In this document: positions 31,983-43,766 of the stretch, piece by piece | How the letters are laid out: every line of letters begins with the position of its first letter | Position numbering within the stretch: position 1 is the stretch's first letter | NCBI RefSeq assembly: GCF_000181795.1 | Contig: NW_003526941.1 | Location: forward strand, 5,309,053 to 5,373,052 | Source of the DNA: Trichinella spiralis | Taxonomy: Eukaryota | Length of the DNA: 64,000 bases | Direction of reading: 5' to 3' | The notes under the pieces: model-generated | Database searches by the model: none | Told to the model about the DNA's origin: nothing | Seen by the model: the letters and a program-made list of their open reading frames with translations, nothing else | Program-made: the position numbers and the translations under genes

Positions 31983-32808
31983 TCAGGCTTTTCTGGCTAA
32001 ACGATACGGTAGCGGAGCGGGTCGTACCATGGGGGGTGGTGGTGGTGGTAATGGTGCTGCGACTGGCGCACATCCACAAGTTCTCTGTCGACAGCCGCAC
32101 CTTCTCTGCCGGCAACCGCATCTCGGTCGACAGGCGCATCTCTGGCGACAACCGCATCTTCTCTGTCGACATCCGCATCTTCTCTGTCGACATCCGCATC
32201 TTCGTTGCCTACAACCGCATCTTTGTCTGCATCCACATCTCGGCTGACGGGCACATCCGCATCCTGCCGATACAGCAGGTTGCATGGGTGTTGCTGCATA
32301 TTGGTGCACCATGGGCGGTGGTGCTGCCGGAATGGGCATCGGTGCTGCTCCACATCCGCATTCTGATCGACATCGAGCACAGCGACGACTGCGAGGTTTT
32401 GCTTCGGTCACTGTGAAAATGGTGAGCAAAAAGAAATATATACGACATTAGTCATGTCATATTATATTGTGTTATAGTACCCGCGGTTTTGGTGGCTCGT
32501 TTTTTCGCGCAGTGGCTGGTGTCACCGTTGAGATCAGGCACGCAGGGTGTCTGTTCTTGAAGTTCAGCATTTCTTACTACCAGATGATGATGTGCGTCAG
32601 TTGATTCAATTTGGACATTAGCATCTGAATATGTTTGAAATGAAAAATAAAGAAGAGGAGTGAGCAGATTGGAAATTGGAATATGAATAATATGGTTGAA
32701 TTTAAAAGAAAAAAATAAATATATATATATATGTATACCTTTGAAGAGTGGATCAAATGCCCGGATGAGGCCAACAATGGTGAAGAGTAAACCCAGCCGG
32801 ACGTGCAT
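31983..32808 (-). CDS. Secreted ~213-aa protein with pro-region, RSRR site and Cys/Arg tandem-repeat, Pro-rich mature domain; unknown function
   Basis: Exons 32808-32739, 32624-32481 and 32410-31983, both introns phase 1 with GT-AG, total 642 nt in frame. Signal peptide MHVRLGLLFTIVGLIRA, then KPRSRR followed by CGCRQR(R) repeats and poly-Pro. Confidence 0.82.
32070..32270 (-). repeat. Coding tandem repeat, 18/21-nt units encoding CGCRQR(R)
   Basis: Plus-strand units such as tctctgtcgacatccgcatct recur about 9 times with third-position variation. Confidence 0.9.
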
Positions 32809-33228
32809 GCTTCTGCAGCGGGGCTACCTCGATTGGCAGTGATCAGTTGTAGGAAATTGGGAAAAATGACGCTCAGCCGGTGGTGCAAGTTGAAAGCTCC
32901 TGAAATAGAATTGTCAACTCGTTGACCGAAATTCAGTGTCCGCTTAGCAAAGCGCGTCGGTTTTTTCTTCTCTGCCCGCCGCGTCGGCTTGTTGGCTAGT
33001 TTTTCGCCACTTTGGCGCCGGGGCGCCGACGGCGCCACCACGCCCCTGGGCTTCATCATGCCAGGCGCACGTCCTTTCCAACCCATTTGCTGTGTCGATG
33101 TGCCGCCTTGAGCGAGACAAGTGCCAGTGAAAAAATCATCTCACGGCTTTGTGGCTGTACGTATGTGTATGCGTGTGGGTCAATACGTGTGTTCTTTCTT
33201 CCCATTCTGCAACTGCAACTATACTTAC

Positions 33229-33404
33229 CCCAAGCTGCCAGTAGCATCAATACGAGATATTTGTGCTGTTCGCCAGAATCATCATCATTAACTATTAACT
33301 GTTCTACTAGCAGATATTATTAGTATTATTTTGGCTGGTTATTATTTAGACGTATTTATTTGTTAGTTGTTTTTCTTTGTATTTTCACCATTCCCCTTTA
33401 TATA
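33229..33404 (-). promoter_or_regulatory. TATA box and non-coding first exon of the Cys/Arg-repeat gene
   Basis: Minus strand reads TATATAAAGGGG at 33404-33393. A consensus donor GG|gtaagt sits at 33228 and an acceptor ctgcag| at 32813, four nt before the ATG. Confidence 0.55.
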
Positions 33405-36400
33405 ATGGCGAGTGATCTGTTTTCAACGGGGCAAGTAGAGCGATCGTGGAACGTGAAAATCACTGGGCCGGAAACTCGCCTATTTAGAAAACAAGTGAAA
33501 CAATTGATGATAATCCGGCGGCTTATTTTCTTCAACTCGTTCACGTACTTGAACGAACTTTATCTGACCATGTGAGAATGGAAAAAATCTGGACTTGATG
33601 TTGTTTAAACGACATAACGGCCTGTACGATCGACCATGTAGATGTCGAGGTCGTCGTCGTCACTGCCACACCCGGTGAAACTTATTCACCCCAATCTTGC
33701 ATACATACATACATACATACATACACTGGGTTTTCGAAGGTCGTAGTTTTAAAGAGGCACGTGTCTGTTAACCCCAAAATTAACCCCTCAAAATTTGTTT
33801 TTTTTTCAATTTTTTTTACATCTTGATATTATTAACCAACTTTTGTTGTTTTTGCATTTTATTCTTCTGTTGTTGTTTGCACACAAATTTCTTTCATTTA
33901 ATATTCTCTCTTTCATTTCGCATTCGCTCATTTCTCCAGTCTACTTAGCCCAAATTTTGACAAAGCCCCACCAGACAACAAGACTTCATTCCATTCATCT
34001 TTTTCAACTTTTCACTTTATTATTAATCAACGTAAATCTCCCAATTATTACAACTCCAAACTTGCCGATTGTTGAATATGAATTTTCAAACTGACCGAAT
34101 TTTTCTTTGACATTAGAAATTTTGTTGCATAATAATAATAATAATAATAATAATGAACTTGATCGTTTATTTTACTTTAATTTAAAAATTTAATTTAAAA
34201 AAATTTTCATTTTACCGGTAAATGAACAATTAAAACATACATTCCAATTCAAAAAACAAAAATTGAATGTTCATTTTTTCACACTGTGCAATTTGATTTT
34301 CATGAGCAAATTGACTTATTTATTTATTGCACATGATGTTTATAATTTTGTTCGTGTATTTTAAAACTTGGTTGTGTATATTAATTTTCAAAATTAACCA
34401 TATACGCGTATGATAATCTGTGATTACTTTTTATTAAATAGGATAATAGTACTTGTTTTATAGTTTGCCATTGATCATTGATTCATTGATTGATCGATTG
34501 ATTCATTCATTCATTCATTCTATTCATTCATTATTTCAATGAATGAATAGATTTTCATTTTCAATTTAAATAAATTTTTAAAATTAACATTTCAACGAGA
34601 TGAAATGTGTTGTGCTTATTTATTATTTTCACTTTCTTACAGTTTTAATCAGAACGGCACAAAAGAACACAAACACGTTCTGTTTTTGTTATCTGTTGGT
34701 GCGCGCAGCAACATGAATGATGACGAAAACGTCAAGTGAAGTTTTTCAAACCAGGTTAAAGTGTAGTATTTTTGGAAAATCCACTTTATCAATAATTAAT
34801 TGCAATATATTTTCATTGTGAAAAGTGAAAATATGGTTTAAATCAGAACTTGCATTCATAACTTCGAGAGATGATGAACAGAAGAATTTCGATGCTTCCG
34901 TTTTTGTTCTTGATTTCTGATCCGGTAAACGTGGCCGTTTACGGGATAATTCTGTGCACAAATTCCTGAAAAGGAATTTCAATTTTCGACACATTCAACG
35001 AATGCATTCACACTGCCCACGCAGTGCGTGACAAAGCTTCAATTTCGTTTTCAACCTTTTTTGAACATTCTTTACCCAAATTACAGTAATCATTGTTAAT
35101 TCAACTCGTTGGAAGTGTAAAACTCGTTTCTAACAAACTATTATATTTGTTTAGGGTTTTGTTTACAAAAATGAAAAACAAAAATTTTTTCTTTTTCATT
35201 TTTTTATTCACAATTACTAGAAGATGGGAGAAAAAGTTGTTCTGAGAAAAATTGTTCGTACATTTGAAAAGATGTTTACTGTAGATGTGTGTTTTTACTT
35301 GATCGAAAGAATTGGAATGAAAAATCAATTACGTCAGGAACTTGTTATTAATGAAAGAAAGTTATTGTTTTTTCTTTCTTTTGAATTAACGTGCAACAGT
35401 GACGTCATTGATTAAAACTGACCAATTTTATTAAACGTTGCATAAATCGTCAAAATAGGCACTTCAGATGTGTGTTTCAAAGTGAAACACGCTCATTCTC
35501 AAGGATAGATAATAATAATAATTCAGGCCACAATAAATAGGACATCGATGCACTCTGCTCAATGGAAATAATTCTATCAACAGTGTATCAGTTACAAAGA
35601 AGTAAAGACAGCTTTAAAACAATGTTATTATCAAATGTTGAACACAAAAAGCAACAGTTGTATAAAAGAAAAAAAATATCCATCCGCAATCTATCTATCT
35701 ATCTGTATATTGTAGAGGATAGAAATATTTCGCAATGTAACAAATAATGTTAACACTTAATTGTTCATACGGACAAAATTTGTTGAAATAAAAATTTGAA
35801 TAACATTGTTGTTGTTGTCATTGTTCGATTTCAAATATCTATTCTGTTTGATATTACGAATATTGAATGTCGAAACTATTTGTTGATCATTATCTTTTGC
35901 TAAGAGTATTTTGAAATTTCATCACAACAAAAAAAAGTAATTGAATTAAACAACAACTTTGATTTTGTCGATAATTGATTTCATTTCAATTGATTGTAAA
36001 ATTTGAATTTGGTAAATTTTACATGATTTAAATTTCAATTGAATTATAAAATTTCCATTTTCTTTTTCAATCCGTCACTGCTGCTGAACAACAATGAACT
36101 GAAAAGTGAACGTTGTGATTGCGAAATCACAAACGGACAAATCGGCGACAAATATGCAAATTTCCAATCATTACGGCGACGCTTTTCTTATCAGAATTGT
36201 TGTTATAAAACCGACTGCGCCTTGCCAATCCTGCCATTGTGCGGAATATATTCGTTTCTCTGTAAACACAACAACAAGCGGATATATTTTTTGTACGTAT
36301 TTGGGCAAAATTTTCACTTTTCTTGAAATGTTCAATTTTCAAATCTGACGGTAAAAAGAAAAATATTCAAATTCAACTTTCCACTGGAACTCAGCCATCA

Positions 36401-37606
36401 CAACGCTTCATCAAAAAACGGTAAGTAAACTTTACACTGTTATTTAATTGAGCATGCAAAACTGCGTTGAAGTTAATCATTTGTCCGTCATCGTTGAATT
36501 CAGTTGTTCCCATGTTCAATTGTAATTCATTTCTACAAAGAAAAGTCATATTTGTGTCTAAACGACGACAGTATATTTATTACACGGTTGTAGTTTTGGT
36601 CGGGGATGAAAAATCGTTCAACCACATCAAATTAACATATTTTCACTTGAGATATCATTCGCTTTGTTGTTGTTGTTGTTGTTGAAAATTGTTTATTATT
36701 GTCGTCCTTGCAACTTTGTCAGACAACAAGTCATGCTTGAATCATTTTGTACATTATTGTTTTCACCCAAAGTGAACCTGTTTCATTCTCAGTAAATTAG
36801 CAAACGATTTAAATTCAGATCATTTTGTAAAAAGTTGCCTTCTAACTGTCATTCCGATGACCGGATGCAAATTTCAGCGTTTTTCATTCTACAAAATTTT
36901 GAATCGGTTACAGTAATTTTACAATGTGAATTATTGGATTGTTTTTTCCCCTAACAGATCAGCGTATGCAACGACCACAGCACGATCTTCTGTAGATAAA
37001 GTAGACGATTGGAAAACGCGCGGCGTTCACTTTTTTAAGTTGAGATATGCATATGCAAAATAATTAATCACAAGCTATTCTTTATTACAAAAAGGAACAC
37101 TTTCAATTCAATTTAACGGTACGCTTTTCACCGCAATTTACAATGCATAAAACAGAAATGCTTTTCTTGTTGAACAATTTCTCCATATTATTTGCAAATT
37201 TGTCTCTCAATGTTTCCAACATAATTAACCTATACAAAATTCGTAACAAAAGTACAAAATCCCGTAATTTTCTATTCAAAAAATGACCACTGTTTCAATC
37301 AGGCGGGATGTACAATAATCGAACATTGTACCCATCACAATACGTTTNNNNNNNNNNNNNNNNNNNNNNNNNNNNNNNNNNNNNNNNNNNNNNNNNNNNN
37401 NNNNNNNNNNNNNNNNNNNNNNNNNNNNNNNNNNNNNNNNNNNNNNNNNNNNNNNNNNNNNNNNNNNNNNNNNNNNNNNNNNNNNNNNNNNNNNNNNNNN
37501 NNNNNNNNNNNNNNNNNNNNNNNNNNNNNNNNNNNNNNNNNNNNNNNNNNNNNNNNNNNNNNNNNNNNNNNNNNNNNNNNNNNNNNNNNNNNNNNNNNNN
37601 NNNNNN

Positions 37607-40295
37607 GTTCATTTTGGTCCGTTTTGATTGATTTGTTTAATTATTTATTTAAATTGTCGCCTTCTTTTAGCACGTTCCAAGCGGTACGCCAAACGCACCA
37701 AATGCCGATCGTGCCACCGAAACATGGTTCCAAATCAGAGGCCAATCTATCCGACGGGCAAATCAATACCAAGTACCAACTCGTATTCCCTGCACTTTAT
37801 TCTGATGTCAAGCCTGTAATTTTACCAAGTGAGTTATAATATATATATATATATATATTTGGGTGTGGGTGTTCATAAACTAGATGATTTTGGAAAAAAT
37901 TAATTGTTGTTTGTTTCAGGCGACGACGCTGATCCAAGAATGGCGTTTCCGGTGAAAGATGGCGTGATTTTGCAACCCTTTCGCCTGGAACACAACATTC
38001 CTGTTTCACAAATTTGTTTTTTCATTGCACCGGAGCAGTTTGGTTTGCTCTGCTCAGAGTAAGTCAGTTAACGAATATAGACAAATTCTTTTGAAAAAAT
38101 AATAAATTGTCCAATTTCTGATGTTGTATTATTGAATGATGATATCTATTGTTGTTGATTTGTTTTTAGCCCAGATTTGGATATTCAATTGAAATGCTTT
38201 CACGCTGATGACCGGCTGATGTACAACAACTGGCCACACAATGCCAACGTGCAGATTGTTGTTAACAATACTCCTGTTGTGGTTCGCCACATAGATCGTC
38301 CATTGTACGTCAAAACTCTTTGCCAACCCAACAAAAATACCTTGCAAATTGCCGTTCAGCAGTGCTGTTGTGTATGGGATTTTGTTTTTTATAAAATTTG
38401 CACTGCACAATATATATATATACGTACAATCTTATTATATATGCATTGTTGTTGTTGTTGTACTTTTTCAGTCGCATCTGTTCATGCTGAGTTTGACAAG
38501 CAGACCACCAGTTGAACGCGTGTTGAGCAACTTGGTTCGTCGCAAGCTACTATCGGTTGACAATGCCATTGACAAAAGTAAGCGATAATTATTATTGTTA
38601 ATGTAATTTATGTTCATTTTATTCTTAATATGTGTTTTGTTAATTTTGAGTTTGTATTTTTTTTTTCCTTATTTGCATTTTATTTTATTTGTGTTTGTTT
38701 TTATGTAACACATCATACTTTTTTATGCTTTTGAACCTTGAAGTCAAGCTAATATTTGTTTGTTGATAGATAAAATAGTTGTTTATTATGCTTATAATTT
38801 ACATGGTTATATGGTGGAGAAGTTGTGACGGTTTAATTAATTTCAAAATTTGACTGAGCAGTACGGTGACGTAGTAGCGATGGGCAAAAAGCTTATCTCC
38901 ATTTAATTAAATTCCATCTCCGCTTTTGGTTGTGTCCATTTTATTCATTATTATCAATAATTTATCTGTACACACCAATTTCTTGTTGTACGTATTTGTA
39001 ATTTGATTTTTTTTAAGTCAAACGGTCATTCCAATTGGCCGAGATGGGCGACGGTCAGGTTGCTGACATTGATCGGATGTCAACCACGATCTCTTTGAAA
39101 TGCCCAATCACTATGGGCAAGATAACGCTTCCGGCTCGATGTCAAGACTGCCGCCATATACAGGTGAATAAATTGAGGAGAATTATTTGTTGTTTAATTT
39201 TTAATTTTAATTGTTTTGTTTAGTGCTTTGATTTGAAAGCGTTTTTAATTCTTAACAAAGATCGTTTGCATTGGCAGTGTCCACTTTGCGGGTAAGTTTT
39301 TGCTTTTTAAAAAACCTTAGATGACTAACTAACTGTTTGTTCGTATTATATTAATGGATTTGAATATGTGTTATTTATTATTGGTTTGTTTAGGCGTCCA
39401 GCAATTCTTGACAATTTAGAAATTGACCAATATGTTTGGGGTATTTTGACCAATTTGGTAAAGTTTCCTGAAGTGGGCGAAGTTTTTATTGATTCAAATG
39501 CTTCGTGGAAAGCGCACGCTTCGATTGGCAGAGAGCAGCAGCAATCATGTAAATAACAACACTACGTTTTTTTGGATATTGCTACTAACATATAGCGTGC
39601 ATAATAATAATAATAAGTTGTATTTGTAGAATGAAAATAATTTCTTTTCTCTAGTGTCTTTCTAGTCTTTTCTAATATTATTTTTTAATTAGATTTAGTG
39701 GGATGCAATCCTCCGAAACGGGCGAAAACTTCTGAAGCAAACTGCAGTACGGACCCATCCGTATGCAACTGGAACATGACTTCAGTCCGAAACTATGCAT
39801 CAACGAGCAACAATAATAACCCTGTTGCCGCTACTGGTTTGCAAGTTCCTATTGAGCGGGTTCCGAATACCAGCATTTCTCAAATTATGGACATGAAAAC
39901 GACAGTTCCACCGAATCATACTGTCAAGAAGCAGTCACAACAACAGCAGCAACAACAACAGCAGCAGCAGCAATTACAACAACAACAACAACAACAACAA
40001 CAGTATCAATATTACGTAAGTTCAGTATTATTATTGTTTTGTCGTGAAATCCAAAGAAATTTACGTATTTAAATTTTTAGTTGAGTCCAGAGCAGCAACA
40101 GCAAATGATGCAGCAGCAGCAACAGCAAATGATGCATCAGCAGCAGCAGCAGCAGCAAATGATGCAACAGCAACAGCAACAACAGCACCACCACCACCAA
40201 CAACAGCAACAACAACAACAAGCATTGATGAACAGTGTCGGTAGTGGTGGTAGTGCTGCTGGTGGTGGTCATCAGACAGGATCGATAGAGAATGG
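37607..40295 (+). repeat. Near-identical duplicate of 61344-64000 (ZMIZ exons and introns)
   Basis: Colinear including introns; differences such as DIDRM/DIERM, NMTS/NVTS and polyQ lengths. Confidence 0.95.
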
Positions 40296-41261
40296 CAACA
40301 GCCGTTTGATTGCAGAGCCTTCAACGCCAAAGCAAATGTTAAAGTATGGCCCGCCAACACCGGCCACGCCCAGTGCGAATCCTCCTTCTGTTGGCGGTCC
40401 TCGCAGTGTCGGCAATCCACCGTCTGTGGAAGGAACTAGTGGCAATAGTGGTGGTGGTGGTGGTGGTAATAGTGGTTATGTGATGCAGCAGTGTTCAACG
40501 CAAGCAAATTTGCAGTTGAACATCGACGGTAATCCTACTGGTTAGTAGATTTTTTTTTCTCATTTTATATTGTTTTTATATGTGTAAAATTGACTTTTTA
40601 TTTAATGCAGTAAATTTAAGCGTTATACTGCTGCTGATAATAATGATTAAACATGTTAATTTCTTTTTTTTCTCTCTTTCTACAATCAGGATCTGCGCCT
40701 TACACACCAGCCTCAGTCGGCAGTGCTGGCAGTCAACAAGGATCTCATTGTGTGAATGTAGCTTCGAATGAGATGTGCAACACGGAATTCAGCGATCTGA
40801 CCTTCGACACCGCTGATCTCTTGCCCGGCGATGCCGCATCAGAAAATTTAGGAGTAAGAGATTTAAAAGATTATTTTTCTATTTTTGATCAATTTTGTAT
40901 TTGATTTCAAAAATTTCAGAATTTTTTCGCCGACTCTACAATGCCAGATCCGGGTGAATTTATACAATATTTTGAAAGCACAAATTTTGGTGAATTCGGT
41001 TTGTCCACTGATCGGCTCGACGTTCCATTGTTCGATTTGGAAGATGGGAAACGGAAAAGCGTTGGCATACTGGACGACATTTCTTCCAACCCAAGCAAAT
41101 TATTGCTCGACGATCGTAAAAAAACCGCTAATCCAAAGAAAACCCATTTGAAAGAGGAGAAGAAGCGGTCGATGGCCGGTGACGACGACGACGATCCATT
41201 AAAGGCGACCCTGCTCAGCTCAAGCGAAATGGACGACATTTTGTCCTTGCTTCAAAGCTGA
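37671..41261 (+). CDS. ZMIZ1: ZMIZ1/Zimp10/tonalli-like SP-RING (MIZ) zinc-finger protein, 3' part (copy/haplotype 1)
   Basis: [80 protein letters not shown]...WQCPLC, LEIDQYVWGIL and C-terminal DDILSLLQS*. The 5' end is cut by gap 37348-37606, and the first exon carries four single-base insertions relative to copy 2. Confidence 0.92.
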
Positions 41262-42969
41262 TGCTTTGAAATCGGGTCTTTTATTTTTTTTCACTGAATT
41301 TTATATGTACAGAAAAAAAATAGTACTCCACGTCTGGACGACTAAAAAATTATCATCAGCAACAACAATAATGTATGACAATCAGGCAACCAAAAAAAAA
41401 GAAAAAAAATAATGCTATATCACAAAAGTCACCCGTCGCCGTCGACACTCAGCGATCGTTATTCTGGCTTTGCATTAATCAATCTCTTCTAGCCGATACT
41501 CTCTTTCTCTCTCTCTTCATTTTATCGACTAGAGAGAATTATTTATGCCGACCATATTTTTATTATTTTTTCTTCATTTCATCGAAGTGGTGCAATGATG
41601 CACTTCACGTGCCTGGACAATAGTCCGTCCATTGAATAGCAAGTTTGGCGCCAAATTTTATTTATTTATTTATTTTATGAATTTCACTTTACATCTTTTA
41701 TCCATTTTAAATGGAAAATATACATTGTTGACTTAACGGCGTCGTGTGTGATCAATCAATCGTCCTTCGATTGCTGCTTGTGTAAGAAGAAGTGTACAGC
41801 TCAGGCGGGCCTGTTTTGACCGTTTTTATTACTGTTTTATGCTGTTTTTCTATTTATTATTATTATCATTATTATTACTATTACTATTACTATTATTATC
41901 ATGGTTTACTTGCACTTCTTTCGTATGAGTGCTATGTGCACTAAAATTTTTCTCCCCTCAACTCTCTTTTTTTCATTTTTTCCTAAAAATGCATATATAC
42001 AGTTATCTTTTGGTTTCTTTTTTTTGCGCCGGTTAGCGTTGGCAAAGTACTGCTGTTCGTATCTTCTTTTATCATGGATACTTCTGCTGCTTAAACTCAA
42101 TACAAACAACAACAGCTGCTGCTGCTTGCTATCTTGTGAAGCTGCACACAAGATACAAAGGTGCAGAACGAACAAACCAACGCGAAACTGTGGTGCTATA
42201 CATTTTCTTTTTGTGTAGTCTTCCTTTTCAAAGTGAGAAATACTTAAAAGTTGGATTTTGCTCATTCAACGTTAATGATGAGTCTCTTTCTGAATGAACA
42301 ATTTCATCAATAAAGCATATATATTATTTGTTTTTAGTTTTTCCCTTTGCCATGAAAATAAAGAGGAAACGAACAAAAACGTTTCCTGAAGTTTAATTCT
42401 TAACTCCATTCAGCTCAAGCATCCATTCATATTCATCATCATGGGGATAATGTTTGAAACGATAATAATAATAATAATAATGAACAGCATTTGCAAACGG
42501 TAAATGAAAACCAATATTCAATTCAACAAATTCAGAAACGACGCATTAATTAACACAAAAACAATTTATATGATGTTATGCATAAAAAAGTTTTTTCAAA
42601 CTTGTTAGCATAACAAAAAAGTAGGCATACAACATACAACGACGGTAGGTGAATGAATTGAATGATTATAACATGTGTGTAAGTGACAACTGAAAATAAA
42701 AATGTAAATTTAATAAATATAACTGAATAGAAATTGCTTTTTTATTTATTTTATTCATACATGCATTTTATAATATTATTCAGCACATGCATCCTGAAAA
42801 CTTTTCATACTGTAATAATATTAATTAATGGAGATTTTTTATTTAATCGCAGGTTCTTTCTATTTCTGCTGCGTTAATTCTTATTTATCTGTCACAAGTG
42901 GATGAATATAAATCATTATTTTTGTTGTTGTTGTTGTGGTGGTGTAATTATTAAAGGCAAACCTTTTCA

Positions 42970-43766
42970 ATGCGGTAAGTATTGTCTATTTTATCTAGTT
43001 TATTGAAAAATTAGGCGCAAATAACGACAAAATTTGCATTTTTTATTGAAAAACATAATTTAAAATTGCCTAATCTTTGTCAGACGTTCAACATCGTTGT
43101 ATAAATATGCACTGCTTGTTATCGATATGCAAGAAGAGTTTCGTCAATGTGCAGTGAAAATTGTTGATCAACTGAACAAGACGATTCAAATTTGTCGTCA
43201 AAACAACGTGCCAGTAATCTTTACCCAACATGGACATCGTCAGCCGTCTATTGATGCTGGTCAGCTTGTAGAGCAGTGGGGATCGGTTATTGAGTACGGT
43301 TCCAAAGAATGGCAAATGATGCCCGAAGTGAACCTCTTGCCTACTGATTATATAATTTCTGAAAAACGACGTTACGACGCTTTCTATGGAACTGTTCTCG
43401 GCGAGATGTTGCGCAAATTGAACGTACGTATAAAACAATTCATTATTGTTTGGTGTGTGTTTTGAAAAACGACTTTCAAATTTGCATTCATGTCACTTTC
43501 AACAACAACAACAACAACAACAATTTTAAATTGATATAATAATCAAATTTAGGTTAATACTTTGGCAATTTCCGGAGTGATGACAAATCTCTGTTGCGAA
43601 ACCTACTACCAGAAGTGCGTTTGTACGTGACTTCCGGGTGTTCTTTTTAAGTGATGGAACGGCGACAGTTTCTGAAGAAATGCACAACGCTTCTTTGTTG
43701 AATATTTCTTACGGTTTTGCGACAGTATTAACGTGCGATGAATTTTGCGACATTATCCATAAATAA
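42970..43766 (+). CDS. Isochorismatase/cysteine-hydrolase family protein, plant nicotinamidase 2 (NIC2)-like; 1-nt frameshift in exon 3
   Basis: Exons 42970-42974, 43084-43423 and 43553-43766. Motifs ALLVIDMQ (Asp), EKRRYDAF (Lys) and [10 protein letters not shown] (Cys). An extra base at about 43602 shifts the frame; removing it restores [21 protein letters not shown]...NISYGFA. Confidence 0.85.

Noticed and set aside
31870..32448. Several overlapping ORFs in other frames and strands (MSTEK repeats, DADVDRE repeats)
   Set aside because: By-products of the stop-poor 18/21-nt coding repeat; only the Cys/Arg frame is in phase with the upstream signal-peptide exons.
36340..37043. Donor at 36421 and acceptor at ~36958 giving ...FIKKRSAYATTTARSS..., neuropeptide-like
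   Set aside because: No in-frame ATG, signal peptide or upstream acceptor found; likely chance or non-coding.
37671..37830. Frameshifts in the first ZMIZ copy-1 exon suggesting a pseudogene
   Set aside because: All are single-base insertions in short runs within ~200 nt of a contig start; copy 2 is intact and the rest of copy 1 is clean.
40044..40420. Poly-Ala/Thr and poly-Leu ORFs overlapping ZMIZ
   Set aside because: Alternative-frame and antisense readings of the CAG/CAA polyQ tract.
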